From Desulfatiglandales bacterium (GTDB lineage Bacteria; Desulfobacterota; DSM-4660; Desulfatiglandales; Desulfatiglandaceae), in NCBI GenBank assembly GCA_963662465.1, contig OY759599.1:4704001-4768000 (forward strand): DNA of 64,000 bases, written 5' to 3'. The notes below the pieces were generated by a model, which saw only the letters and a program-made list of their open reading frames with translations, had not been told where the DNA came from and searched no databases. The translations under genes and the position numbers were made by a program. The stretch's first letter is position 1. Every line of letters starts with the position of its first letter. Shown piece after piece: positions 48,765 through 58,915 of the stretch.

Positions 48765-48779
48765 ATAATATAGCCACAT
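48765..48779 (-). promoter_or_regulatory. Shared operator-like motif ATGTGGCTATAWTAT
   Basis: 14/15 identical to 52855..52869; next to TTGACA on the minus strand. Confidence 0.5.
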
Positions 48780-48822
48780 GCCTTTGTCAACTAAAAACCC
48801 CAGGTCAATAAACTGCTTCGGT

Positions 48823-49590
48823 TTATCCGTTTTTCCATACCGGTTTTCGTTTTTCCAGAAAAGCATTCAGACCTTCTTGCGCATCCGCCGTGGGCATGAG
48901 TTCGTTTAAGTAGATATCTTCAATTACTTTGAGGGAAGGTTCGAAATCGTCCATCAACCCTGCCGTAATGGCCTTTTTTGTTTTTCTCAGAACTTCGGCG
49001 CTCAATCGGAGATAGGGTTTCAGAAAATCCCGTGTGGCGGAACCCAAGTCGTCTTTTGTGACAACTTTGTTGATCAACCCCATCCCCATGGCCTCTTCAG
49101 CCGAGATGATCCTTCCCGACAGTATCAGATCCATGGCGGCTTTTCGACCGATAATACGGGGCATAATCTGAGCGGCTATGGGGGGGAACACCCCCACCTG
49201 GACTTCAGGCTGGCCATATTTGGCATCTTCGGAAGAAATAACCAGGTCGCAAAAAATGGCCAGTTCGCATCCACCCCCCAGGCAGGACCCGTATACGGAT
49301 GCCATAGTCGGAATGCCTAAAGTCTCCATAAGGCGGAACATCCTGTGAAAAGCGCCGATCATTTTCGGCGCCATATCTCCCATGTGTTCTCCCACATCCA
49401 CGCCCGCGGAAAAGCATTTCCCTTTGGCATCAAAAAGCACTGCCTTCAGATCCTTTTCGCCCTGCCATGATGAGAGTACCCCATTAATTTCTTCCATCAT
49501 AGCGATGTTTAAAATATTCACCGGGGGCCTGTTTAACGTGATGGTCCCCAAACCATTTTCAACCTGAACTTCTATATGTTGGTATCCCAT
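48823..49590 (-). CDS. dch: Cyclohexa-1,5-dienecarbonyl-CoA hydratase (Dch/BamR)
   Basis: Crotonase fold (FSAGVDVGEH, GGGCEL, QPEV.VGVFPP); follows had and oah. Confidence 0.82.
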   Translation of the reverse strand: MGYQHIEVQVENGLGTITLNRPPVNILNIAMMEEINGVLSSWQGEKDLKAVLFDAKGKCFSAGVDVGEHMGDMAPKMIGAFHRMFRLMETLGIPTMASVYGSCLGGGCELAIFCDLVISSEDAKYGQPEVQVGVFPPIAAQIMPRIIGRKAAMDLILSGRIISAEEAMGMGLINKVVTKDDLGSATRDFLKPYLRLSAEVLRKTKKAITAGLMDDFEPSLKVIEDIYLNELMPTADAQEGLNAFLEKRKPVWKNG

Positions 49591-49607
49591 AGAACACGCG
49601 CTCCTTA

Positions 49608-49655
49608 TAAAAAAAGAACGGCAGGCGGGCCTGTTCATGGACCTGCCTGCCGTTT
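49608..49655 (-). terminator. Rho-independent terminator between oah and dch
   Basis: AACGGCAGGCAGGTCC...GGCCCGCCTGCCGTT stem followed by CTTTTTTT on the minus strand. Confidence 0.65.
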
Positions 49656-49679
49656 ATGATTCGTGTTATTTTGGAGAAA

Positions 49680-50816
49680 CTACTCCTTGGGCGTTCCCAT
49701 GGCATTGGCGAACATATCCATGTCCCAAGTCTTGCATTCCGCGATGTCCTGGCGGAACTTCAGGAAATTGATGGTATCCTGACCGGTAATCCGTTTGGTA
49801 TTGAAGGCGCCGAAACCGAGGAAGGCTTCTCCACCCATATTGGCCGCCAGCCAGTGCCGGTTGTAGTTTTTGGAATAATCCCAGAAGAATTTTTTCTTGG
49901 CACGGATGCTGTCAATGGATTTGATCAGGCAGCCGGGAAACAAGTTGGCAAAGGTCCATACAATCTTGTCAACCTCTTTGTCCAGCAATTCAAAATCCGC
50001 GTTGGGCTGATGCTCTTTCACAAACGCACGGGCTTCCTTGGCTTCAGGACCGGTTTTATACTCACCGTAAACCACTTCGCCGCCATCCACATACTTGTCG
50101 GTGATGATCATGGGGTTTCTGACCCATTCGCCATTGACCTTCAAAACCGGAACCACCTTGCTGATCAGGGTTTTCGCTTTCATTTTATAGGCGGACCACA
50201 TTTCACAGGAGACGCAGTTCCACATGGCATCTTCAATTCCCAGATACCATGGCAAAAAGTCCGAGGAACCGCCATCGGGCGCCGAACCGTGCCTGGGTCC
50301 CGCCTGACCGAAAATAGCCAGATCCGACGAAATGGCGAGGTCGCAGGCCATGCCGATTTCCTGGCCACCCGCCACACGCATCCCGTTAACCCGACTGATA
50401 ACCGGTTTTTTGCACGCCAGAATGGCATCCACCATATGGTTAAACAGTTCCATGTACTGACCGTATTCATCGGACCTCAGGCTGTAAAACTCGCTGTATT
50501 CCTTGGTATTTCCGCCGGTGCAAAAGGCGTAGGGTCCCGTTCCGGTGAATACGGCGGCAACGACGCTGCGATCCAGGGAAGCATTTTCAAAACCCGCAAT
50601 GACCCCTTTGACCATTTCCGTCGTATAGGAGTTGTACTGTTTGGGGTTATTCAAGCGAATCCAGGACACATAAAGGCCATCCACCACATTGCCCTTGGGA
50701 TCGGTCAAGGGACGTTTCTCATAGACCACGCAGGGGGCGTCCGTGCCCCAGTGAACATCCGTGTGAAGAGCGTGATCCTTCTTTCCATTTTCTCTCGGCA
50801 TCCATTCTAAAGCCAT
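49680..50816 (-). CDS. oah: 6-oxocyclohex-1-ene-1-carbonyl-CoA hydrolase (Oah/BamA)
   Basis: NNPKQYNSYTTEMVK, FCTGGNTKEY, GGQEIGMACD, GQAGPRHGSAP. Confidence 0.95.
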   Translation of the reverse strand: MALEWMPRENGKKDHALHTDVHWGTDAPCVVYEKRPLTDPKGNVVDGLYVSWIRLNNPKQYNSYTTEMVKGVIAGFENASLDRSVVAAVFTGTGPYAFCTGGNTKEYSEFYSLRSDEYGQYMELFNHMVDAILACKKPVISRVNGMRVAGGQEIGMACDLAISSDLAIFGQAGPRHGSAPDGGSSDFLPWYLGIEDAMWNCVSCEMWSAYKMKAKTLISKVVPVLKVNGEWVRNPMIITDKYVDGGEVVYGEYKTGPEAKEARAFVKEHQPNADFELLDKEVDKIVWTFANLFPGCLIKSIDSIRAKKKFFWDYSKNYNRHWLAANMGGEAFLGFGAFNTKRITGQDTINFLKFRQDIAECKTWDMDMFANAMGTPKE

Positions 50817-50882
50817 GCTGTTATCTCCTTTATCTTTTCTTTTGATGTTGTTTGGTTTTGTACGGTTGACTAAAGACCACCC

Positions 50883-51986
50883 CTAAAAATCGGGGGTCAG
50901 TACAATCCGCTTCATGGGCGGCGTTTTATGGGCCTCGGCAAATGTCTCGGCAATGGTACTCATGGGGCGAACTTCAACAAATTCTTCCATATTGATCTTG
51001 CCGCTCAGAACCATATTCAGCACAATTGGATAATACTCGGGAAGACATCCCCAGGTACCGATCATCTCGGCATCAAAGGCCATCAGACGACCAATGGCAT
51101 ATTCCGTCTTGGCCATGCCGAATCCCACCACAATTAATTTGCCGGTGAATCCAAGCAGGGTCAACGCAATCTCCTGACCACCCTTCGACCCGGTCACTTC
51201 AAAAATCTTCCATCCAAAATTGGGGAGGGCGTTTTCTTTGCATATCCCCTTGAATTCCTTGGACACGCTCCTGGCATCCTTGCCTGTGGAGTTGATGACG
51301 AAATCGGCCCCAAAGTTAAGGGCCCGATCCAGTTTTTCCTGATTTCTGGCGATCCCAACGACGGTTTTTGCCCCCAATGCCTTGGCCACCTGCCCCATAT
51401 ATTGACCCACACCGCCGGTAATTCCAACCACCACGACATTGTCGCCCGGCTGCAGGTCGGCCCTTTTGGCCGCCTGGTAAGGCGTGGTCGCGGCATCGGC
51501 GACGACAGCCAAATGGGAAAGGGGCATGTCTCCCCGCTTCCCCACTTCGCAAAGATCAATGCTTGGAACCGGTATATGGCTTGAAAAACCACCATAGAGT
51601 CCGATACTGTTGCCCGGCATTTTCTGGGCGAGGCACCGATTTCCCCGGCCGGTCTTGCAGAGAATGCACTTTCGACAGGGCATCACCGCTGGGATAATAA
51701 CCTCTTTTCCCAGCCACTTTTTATCTCCATCAACAACGGTGCCGGAAATTTCGTGCCCTAATGTCAACGGGGGTTTGGAAACCGTGGGTACGCCGTCATA
51801 AAAATATCCAAGGTCCGTGTGACACACGCCGCAGCCGGCCACTTCCACCAAAACCTCGTCGGGCTGAAGCGCGGGAACGGGTATTTCCGTTTTTTCAAGT
51901 TTACCGGGGGTCACTTCGCCTGTTTCCCGGTTGCGCATTGTGGGCTGAACCATCTGCCAAGTTTGGATTTTATCGGGTATTGCCAT
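50883..51986 (-). CDS. had: 6-hydroxycyclohex-1-ene-1-carbonyl-CoA dehydrogenase (Had/BamQ)
   Basis: GCGVCHTDLGYFYDGVPT, LGHEISG, QKMPGN, LMAFDA, WGCLPEYYP. Confidence 0.93.
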   Translation of the reverse strand: MAIPDKIQTWQMVQPTMRNRETGEVTPGKLEKTEIPVPALQPDEVLVEVAGCGVCHTDLGYFYDGVPTVSKPPLTLGHEISGTVVDGDKKWLGKEVIIPAVMPCRKCILCKTGRGNRCLAQKMPGNSIGLYGGFSSHIPVPSIDLCEVGKRGDMPLSHLAVVADAATTPYQAAKRADLQPGDNVVVVGITGGVGQYMGQVAKALGAKTVVGIARNQEKLDRALNFGADFVINSTGKDARSVSKEFKGICKENALPNFGWKIFEVTGSKGGQEIALTLLGFTGKLIVVGFGMAKTEYAIGRLMAFDAEMIGTWGCLPEYYPIVLNMVLSGKINMEEFVEVRPMSTIAETFAEAHKTPPMKRIVLTPDF

Positions 51987-52035
51987 TGTAATCCTCCTTA
52001 TTGGTTATCATAAGTGGTTATGCTGCCGGTCTTGA

Positions 52036-52788
52036 CTAGATCATGCCATAGCCCCCGTCAACACACAGCAGCTGGCCTGTAATGTAATCGCTGTCATCGG
52101 ACGCCAGAAACACGAAAGCCGGCGCAATGTCTTTGGGTTCGGCAAAACGTTTCAAAAGGATCCGGTTCATATAAATTTCGTTCAGTTTTTCATCGGATCG
52201 AATCTTCTCCGTCATATCGGTGGCCACAATCCCCAGGCTGATGACATTGCAGCAAACGTTATATCGCGCCAACTCCCGCGCAATAGACTTGGTCATGCTG
52301 AGAAGGCCGCCCTTTGCCGCGCTGTAATTGACCTGCCCCACGGTTCCCACGAGACCTGCCACGGAGGTGACGTTGATAATCTTTCCGTTTTTCTGTTCCT
52401 TCATCCGAATGCCGGCGGCCTGAGCACAGAGAAATGCGCCTTTCAGGTGAATATCCACCACCTGATCCCATTGGTCCTCGGTCATCTTCAGCATCAACGA
52501 GGGCCGGGTGAATCCCGCGTTGTTCACGAGGATATCCAGCCTTCCAAAGGCCTCCACCGCGGCCCCAACCAGGTTCTCCGCCTCTTCTTTTTTCGCCACG
52601 TCCGCTTTGACGGCGATGGCGTCGCTCCCCAGGGCTTTAATAGCGTCAACCACCTCCATGGCGGCTTTTTCATTGGAGGTATAATTCACCACCACCTTTG
52701 CACCTTCCGCTGCAAATCCAAGGGCGACGGCTCTTCCCACGCCTCGGCTACTACCGGTCACCAAAGCGATTTTATCTTTAAGTTTCAT
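52036..52788 (-). CDS. SDR oxidoreductase (FabG-like, probably 3-hydroxyacyl-CoA acting)
   Basis: TGSSRGVG, NNAG, YSAAK, YITGQ. Confidence 0.9.
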   Translation of the reverse strand: MKLKDKIALVTGSSRGVGRAVALGFAAEGAKVVVNYTSNEKAAMEVVDAIKALGSDAIAVKADVAKKEEAENLVGAAVEAFGRLDILVNNAGFTRPSLMLKMTEDQWDQVVDIHLKGAFLCAQAAGIRMKEQKNGKIINVTSVAGLVGTVGQVNYSAAKGGLLSMTKSIARELARYNVCCNVISLGIVATDMTEKIRSDEKLNEIYMNRILLKRFAEPKDIAPAFVFLASDDSDYITGQLLCVDGGYGMI

Positions 52789-52815
52789 TATGTTTTCCCT
52801 CTTCCCAAGAGTATA

Positions 52816-52869
52816 ATCCATCAATATGGAGATCCATCAATATGTCTCAGCGCTATATTATAGCCACAT
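52816..52869 (-). promoter_or_regulatory. 13-bp direct repeat plus palindromic operator-like motif upstream of the SDR-had-oah-dch cluster
   Basis: ATCCATCAATATG at 52816 and 52832; GCTATA-T-TATAGC palindrome. Confidence 0.5.
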
Positions 52870-53055
52870 TATAATTACGGAAGGAATTTAGTGAAAATCG
52901 AATTCCCTGTCAAGAAAAATCGGAAATGACGCCATTTTAGATGAAAGGGGGAAAACCGTCAGTGTTTTTATCCTTGATGAATAGTATGAATTCATATATA
53001 CTAAAAATTTTTATTTTTTAAAAGTGACACGTCGCTCCATAAAAGAGGTTTTTAT

Positions 53056-53997
53056 ATGAAAAAAAGACTTTTGGAAATGCTGATCTGCCCTTCATGCCTC
53101 CCCGAAGAACGGAAATTACAGCCAAACATCAAAGCGGAAAAGAACGACGATATTATTGAAGGGTCCTTATCATGTGTATACTGCGGCAGGGAATATTCAA
53201 TAAAAAACGGCATTGCCTTCCTGGATCCGGCTTCATCCCATGAAAATCGGAAGCCCCCTTCAAAATATGAAGCGGCATCGGTTCTCTCATCCTACATGTG
53301 GAGTCATTACGGAGATCTCCTGCAGGACGAAAATGCTTCAGCAGCCTACCAAGACTGGAACGATCTAATGCGACCCTCATCCGGAATCGCTATTGACGCG
53401 GGTTCCGCCGTAGGCCGCTTCACCTTTGAACTGAGCCGAAAAAATGAGTTTGTTATCGGCATCGATAATTCCCATTCCTTTATTCAAACGGCCAGGGAAT
53501 TGATGCTCAAACGGGAAAAAGAAATCCAATTGCAAGAGGAAGGCTTTGTGACCCAAAAAACAAAAGTGGTTCTGCCTGAACAATGGAAAAGTGCGAATAT
53601 GGAATTCCTGGTGGCAGATGCCATGGCATTGCCCTTCAGATCCGAGACCTTTTCTTCCCTTGCCTCTCTGAATCTTGTGGATAAAGTTTCCATGCCCTTG
53701 AAACATCTCAAGGAAATGAACCGTGTGGCAACACCCGCGGAGACTCAATTCCTCTTTTCCGATCCCTTTTCATGGTCGGAAGAGGCAGCTAAACCGGAAA
53801 ACTGGCTGGGGGGCACCCACGACGGTCCTTATTCGGGAAGCGGCATAGACAATGTGAGGGGCATCTTGAACGGTCGTGAGGACGGGTTGCGTCCTCGATG
53901 GAATGTCGAGAAATATGGCCACATCTGGTGGAAAATCAGGACCCATCAAAATCATTTTGAGCTGATTCGAAGTTGTTACGTGAAAGCCAACCGGTGA
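53056..53997 (+). CDS. Trm112-like zinc domain fused to a class I SAM methyltransferase
   Basis: LLEMLICPSC...GSLSCVYCGREYSIKNGI plus DAGSAVGR.TFEL, DAMALPF. Confidence 0.82.
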   Translation: MKKRLLEMLICPSCLPEERKLQPNIKAEKNDDIIEGSLSCVYCGREYSIKNGIAFLDPASSHENRKPPSKYEAASVLSSYMWSHYGDLLQDENASAAYQDWNDLMRPSSGIAIDAGSAVGRFTFELSRKNEFVIGIDNSHSFIQTARELMLKREKEIQLQEEGFVTQKTKVVLPEQWKSANMEFLVADAMALPFRSETFSSLASLNLVDKVSMPLKHLKEMNRVATPAETQFLFSDPFSWSEEAAKPENWLGGTHDGPYSGSGIDNVRGILNGREDGLRPRWNVEKYGHIWWKIRTHQNHFELIRSCYVKANR

Positions 53998-54032
53998 ATA
54001 AAGTGGTTCACGGATGATATCTCATTTTCCCT

Positions 54033-55961
54033 TCAACACCACCTTTCCCGCCACAATTCCCACATGAGAAGGGCCCACAGCCGATAACAGTGGTTGGCCC
54101 GACCGGAAAGGTGTTCCTTTCGTTGTGCCTCAACGAGGTCAGGATCGAAGAGCCCTTCTTTTTTCAATCGATCCACGGACAGGTAATCCGAAAGCATCTC
54201 TTTCAACTCGCCTCGAAACCATCTTTCAATGGGCACGCCAAATCCCATCTTGGGTCGTTCAAAAAGGGTCTCCGGTACATAGCGCGACAGTAGTTTTCTA
54301 AGAAGATATTTCCCCCTGCCCTTCCGATATTTCAAATGATCCGGCAGACAAGATGTGAATTCCACCACCCGGTGGTCCAGGAGCGGCACGCGAACCTCCA
54401 GGCTTACAGCCATGCTGGCCCGATCCACCTTGGTCAACATGGCATCGGGAAGGTAGGTTTTCTGGTCCACCCGCATGAGCCGACTAAGGATGGGCCAACC
54501 TTCCGTGTCCCTGAACGCTTCTTCATATTGGCTCTCCACAAGATCCCCATGAAGAAGATCCGACATCATATCCCGTGACCACAGTTGAATGGTCATCCGG
54601 TAGAGGGACTGGAGATCTCCCCCCTGCATGAGATTTACCAATTTTTGCCACTTGTCGGGGAAATTAGCCACATTGAACCGCTGGGGAAGAGAGTGCCGCC
54701 AAGGCATGTAGCATCGTTCCACCCAGGAAGCGGGAATTTTCGCCAGTGCTGATCCCAGGGGATTTCTGATCCTTTCCGGCATCCGTTGAAACATCTCGGC
54801 CATAGCCCGGGTACTCCAATAGCGGACATAGCCCGCGAATTGCTCGTCCCCCCCGTCTCCTGAAAGGGCTACAGTCACCCGGGAACGGGCCAGTTTTGAA
54901 ACCAGGAATGTGGGCACTGCGGACGCATCGGCAAAGGGTTCGTCATAGATTTCCGGCAGACGGGGGATGACTGCTAAAGCGTCCCCGGGGGTCACATAAA
55001 ACGCGGTGTGGTCCGTTTTCAGGTGTTCGGCCACTTTTGCGGCCCAGGGCGCCTCATTAAACCCTGGCTCATTGAAGCCGATGCTGAAGGTCTTGACGGG
55101 GGCATTGCTCACTTTCCGCATCAGGGCCGCCACAATTGATGAATCAATGCCGCCACTTAAAAGCCCCCCCAGCGGCACATCGCTGATCAATCGATCGGAC
55201 ACCGCGTCCGTCAAAAGGCGGTCCAGCTCTTCCAGAGCATCCACTTCCCGTTGAATGGGCATTGGCGCATCCCCCTGGTGATCAGGCAGGGCCCAGTAGG
55301 AGTTTATCGTCAGATCGCCCTGATGGAACCGGGCAAAATGACCGGGCAAAAGCTTGAAGGTATTTTTAAAGACCGTCCGGGGGGCGGGGATATACTGGTA
55401 ATGCAAAAAGAGGGGGATCGCACCAGGGTCCAGGTCTCTGGGAAATCCGGAAAGTCCCATAAGGGCTTTCAGTTCCGATGCAAAAAAAAGGGCTTCCGGC
55501 GCCAAATAATAGAACAGGGGTTTGATTCCCAGACGATCCCTGGCCAAAAAAAGGCATTCCTCCGTTTCATCCCACAGGGCCAGAGCAAACATGCCCGTAA
55601 AGCGCTTCAGGCAATCCATGCCCCATTGTCGGTAGGCAGTGAGAATCACCTCCGTGTCGGTATCGGTTCGAAAGAAATGTCCCAGACCTTTCAGGGTCTT
55701 TCGAATTTCCTTGAAGTTATACACCTCGCCATTATAGACGATTTGAACCCGGCCATCGTCGCTTGCCATGGGCTGACGGCCGGCTTCAGAAAGGTCGATC
55801 ACCGACAACCGTCGATGTCCCAGCCCCAGTCCATGTTTTTCATCAAAAAAAAGACCCGAATCATTGGGGCCCCGGTGGGACAGCGTCAGCAGACTTTCGG
55901 GTAAAGATGCCTGCAATCGCTTGAAATTAAGCTTTGAAATGAAACCTGTAATGCCGCACAT
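54033..55961 (-). CDS. asnB: Asparagine synthase (glutamine-hydrolysing)-like amidotransferase
   Basis: MCGI, HRGP, NGEVYN, LSGGIDSS, SGDGGDE, KVDRASM. Confidence 0.93.
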   Translation of the reverse strand: MCGITGFISKLNFKRLQASLPESLLTLSHRGPNDSGLFFDEKHGLGLGHRRLSVIDLSEAGRQPMASDDGRVQIVYNGEVYNFKEIRKTLKGLGHFFRTDTDTEVILTAYRQWGMDCLKRFTGMFALALWDETEECLFLARDRLGIKPLFYYLAPEALFFASELKALMGLSGFPRDLDPGAIPLFLHYQYIPAPRTVFKNTFKLLPGHFARFHQGDLTINSYWALPDHQGDAPMPIQREVDALEELDRLLTDAVSDRLISDVPLGGLLSGGIDSSIVAALMRKVSNAPVKTFSIGFNEPGFNEAPWAAKVAEHLKTDHTAFYVTPGDALAVIPRLPEIYDEPFADASAVPTFLVSKLARSRVTVALSGDGGDEQFAGYVRYWSTRAMAEMFQRMPERIRNPLGSALAKIPASWVERCYMPWRHSLPQRFNVANFPDKWQKLVNLMQGGDLQSLYRMTIQLWSRDMMSDLLHGDLVESQYEEAFRDTEGWPILSRLMRVDQKTYLPDAMLTKVDRASMAVSLEVRVPLLDHRVVEFTSCLPDHLKYRKGRGKYLLRKLLSRYVPETLFERPKMGFGVPIERWFRGELKEMLSDYLSVDRLKKEGLFDPDLVEAQRKEHLSGRANHCYRLWALLMWELWRERWC

Positions 55962-55980
55962 ACACCCTTACGCCTTTCCT

Positions 55981-56859
55981 TTAAGCCTTGTTTTTGTCAT
56001 AATCTTTTTGGCAATTTTTCCAAACCTGCCGCCAACGCCTGATTTCCCGCGGATCTACCGGAATGGAGCGGTGCCGCAGAATTCGGTAATTGAGTCCTGT
56101 CGTGATGGCAAAAGTCTCGATCAGGGCTTTTATGATATTCTCCAAAACGCCTGAGGCCAGGAAATAATTTTTGTCCAGGACAGATCGGATGATCAATGCC
56201 TTTGAAAAATAATACCGACTTTTCAAAATATTTTCCAGTGAAAGGGAATTTTTTTGGTACCCCAGCAAAATGTTGGGCAGACAGGCAAACCGACAGATTC
56301 TGTAGGTGCGCAGCAGGATTTCCTGGTCCTGGGATTTGTTCATGTCAACCCGATAGGGGTATTTACGAAACCAGTCTGTTCGGCCCATCCAGGTGGGATG
56401 GGGAAAATAGAACCCGGATATTGGGCGGTTGCAGATTTCCTTATGGGTTTGATTGAAGGTGTAGGTGCCGATGATCCGGCCGTCTTCTGCAAAAATGATA
56501 ATGCGACTGGCCAGTAGATCAATTTCGGGGTGGCTTTCCAGGTACGCCACCTGTTTCGCCAACCGTTCGGGATAGGCCAGATCACCGCTGTCCATGCGTG
56601 CGAAGTATTTTCCACGGCTCAATGACACGCACTGATTCAGGCGAGTGGGAAGCTTCCTGTTTCGCCCATCTGAATACACCTGGATTCTCGAATCGTCCAT
56701 ATTCCGGGCAAGCCGAACCGTGTGGTCTGTTGAACCGTCATCCATAAGAATCAATTCCCAATGGTGATGGGTCTGGTTTTGAAGGGAACGGATGGTGGGA
56801 AGAAGCTCTTTTTCACCGTTATGGACGGACATGCCGATACTGATCAGGGGCTGCTGCAA
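55981..56859 (-). CDS. GT2 glycosyltransferase
   Basis: ISIGMSVHN, DDGSTD, ARMD. Confidence 0.9.
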   Translation of the reverse strand: MQQPLISIGMSVHNGEKELLPTIRSLQNQTHHHWELILMDDGSTDHTVRLARNMDDSRIQVYSDGRNRKLPTRLNQCVSLSRGKYFARMDSGDLAYPERLAKQVAYLESHPEIDLLASRIIIFAEDGRIIGTYTFNQTHKEICNRPISGFYFPHPTWMGRTDWFRKYPYRVDMNKSQDQEILLRTYRICRFACLPNILLGYQKNSLSLENILKSRYYFSKALIIRSVLDKNYFLASGVLENIIKALIETFAITTGLNYRILRHRSIPVDPREIRRWRQVWKNCQKDYDKNKA

Positions 56860-56860
56860 T

Positions 56861-58057
56861 CTATTGCTCCGGAAACATGCGGCCGGGCCAGCCCGATGCC
56901 GTAAAAGTTTTTTTGCCGAAAAAACGCCAGCTCAGCTCAAAGACCAGTCTTCGAGCAGCGCGGGGACCACGTGCTTTCCCCCAAACCAACATGGCGGGAA
57001 ACACCAGCGCCTGACGCAGAAACCGCAATCCGAAATTCATGGCATGGTCCCGCGATATTTGACCAAAGGAAGTCCACAAGCGCTCTGGTTCGTCTATTGC
57101 CCCGTGACCCTTTGCCAATAGAACGAAGTCAAGGACCTTTCTTAAGCGGTCTTCATAGGTATGATCCGACCGGGTTCGTTCATAACCGGCTAAGGCAATT
57201 TGATCCCGTTTGTCGAAGTGAGAGAGGTAGTATTTGATTTTATCCGCAAGTTCTTTCGGATTGTGAAAAACGTCGATTTCCTTCTCAATGGTGTAGACGG
57301 CCTCAAGGCCAGGCGTGTATTCGGTCAGCAAAAATCCCCCGGCGCCGGGAACTTCAAAGGTTCTGGCTTTAATCTGTTTCCCGCCCCTTCCGCTTGCGTT
57401 GGAGAAATTGAGGCTGATCACTGATTCACGCATGATTTTCGGGATATCTTGGCTCGGCACCGGACCGGAAAGCCATCCGTACCCGAAACATGCCACCGCC
57501 ACACCGAGGGACTTTAAATATTTGATTTGCTGTTTTCGGTTTCCATGTGCCGCACCCACAAAAGTAACCGGGTAAATACATTCCTTCGCTTTTAATGGCG
57601 CTTTCAGATTTGTACCATTTGTCGCCCATTGGGTTAGCAGTACATTAAAGATTCCGTCCCGATGATAGAAGGGAATGGTTTCAGGGTAGGTTGTTGTCAT
57701 AGCATGGTAAGCTTTTCCGATGAAGCGCGATACTTCCCGGTATTTCCAGGAATCGTCTGTGGTCCAGCAGATGGTTGCCACCGAACTATAGTCTTTTAGG
57801 GTGTTAAGGGTTTCAGTCCATACTTCGTAGTTGAGCTGAACAGCGAGAATCACCTGAGGCCTTTCACGCTCGACTGTGGTCAGCAGATGCTTGTTCAACA
57901 CCGCAAAATCCGGGTAAAATCGCCGATCCCACGATTCAAAATGGATCACTTCATGGCCCAGGTTCTTAAGGGAAGGCACGAAGGCGGCATACTCCGTTCC
58001 CAGCCCCCGAGAGGGATCTCCATATTGATGTTTTCCGAAAACACACAGGATTTTCAC
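56861..58057 (-). CDS. CgeB-family glycosyltransferase-like protein
   Basis: WTTDD, VTFVG, SLNFS, KARTFEV, HTYEDR. Confidence 0.85.
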   Translation of the reverse strand: MKILCVFGKHQYGDPSRGLGTEYAAFVPSLKNLGHEVIHFESWDRRFYPDFAVLNKHLLTTVERERPQVILAVQLNYEVWTETLNTLKDYSSVATICWTTDDSWKYREVSRFIGKAYHAMTTTYPETIPFYHRDGIFNVLLTQWATNGTNLKAPLKAKECIYPVTFVGAAHGNRKQQIKYLKSLGVAVACFGYGWLSGPVPSQDIPKIMRESVISLNFSNASGRGGKQIKARTFEVPGAGGFLLTEYTPGLEAVYTIEKEIDVFHNPKELADKIKYYLSHFDKRDQIALAGYERTRSDHTYEDRLRKVLDFVLLAKGHGAIDEPERLWTSFGQISRDHAMNFGLRFLRQALVFPAMLVWGKARGPRAARRLVFELSWRFFGKKTFTASGWPGRMFPEQ

Positions 58058-58159
58058 AGTGCAACCTTGATGCCTGAGGATGTCCGTTTAGGCGCAGAAG
58101 CGCACATACACATCACCAAAGAGTTCAGCATTTAAGGGATGCTGACATCAAAGGGGGTT

Positions 58160-58915
58160 TCAGATCGGTTTTCTGAAATGAAAGAGCCCGAGTGCATAAA
58201 GCATATCATTGGTTTCGTCCAGATTTCCAGATTCCACAAACCGCCCGTCATCGTTTACATATGAAAATGCCAAAAGGTCCAAGTTCCTCAAGGTGTTTGG
58301 AATATCATGAGCGTCAAACACGTAACCGCCATTAAAATAAAGGGCCTTTCGCCCCACGGGAACGGAAAGAAGCAGGTTCCCTTTGGGCGCCGTAATTCGT
58401 TGAAGCTCCAGCATGCCTTTCCAGCAACCATCAGTATCCAACGGATCGCCGTATCGACCCAAACCCAGGTGCTCGATGACGTGCAAACATGTGAGGGAAG
58501 AAACACTTGAATCGCGAAAGGGAAGCCGATGGATATCTCCTGACAGCCTCCAATAGGACGAAAGTTCTATTTCGGGTGGACGAAACTCTACTTGAATGAC
58601 AGGACAAAATGCGGACAACTGGGCTGCAAACTGCACATGTGAGGCGATATCCACGTGTTGTCCGGCAGAGGGTAATGCCACAATTTTTTGGGTAGCCCAG
58701 TAGGCTTGATAAACATAATGGGGGTCAAAAATGCTTTTCTTTTTTCGCTCAAATAAAACCGGCAAGGTCCGGATGGGATAATCCCCTCGGTATTCCCGTC
58801 TAAACTGCTCTTTGTCTTTCATGTAAAGAGCGATTTCAGAAGGCGCACAAAGGAGATTCCTCGGATCCATCAACTCCTTTAAATTCTTAAGCATCACTGA
58901 AAAACGGAGCTTCAT
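58160..58915 (-). CDS. DUF268-like methyltransferase-fold protein
   Basis: HYVYQAYWA, HVDIAS, CLHVIEHLGLGRYGDPLD. Confidence 0.8.
   Translation of the reverse strand: MKLRFSVMLKNLKELMDPRNLLCAPSEIALYMKDKEQFRREYRGDYPIRTLPVLFERKKKSIFDPHYVYQAYWATQKIVALPSAGQHVDIASHVQFAAQLSAFCPVIQVEFRPPEIELSSYWRLSGDIHRLPFRDSSVSSLTCLHVIEHLGLGRYGDPLDTDGCWKGMLELQRITAPKGNLLLSVPVGRKALYFNGGYVFDAHDIPNTLRNLDLLAFSYVNDDGRFVESGNLDETNDMLYALGLFHFRKPI

Noticed and set aside
49656..50810. 384-aa plus-strand ORF and similar long antisense ORFs (10751..11725, 45700..46602, 36619..37479)
   Set aside because: Antisense shadows of well-supported genes with no recognisable motifs
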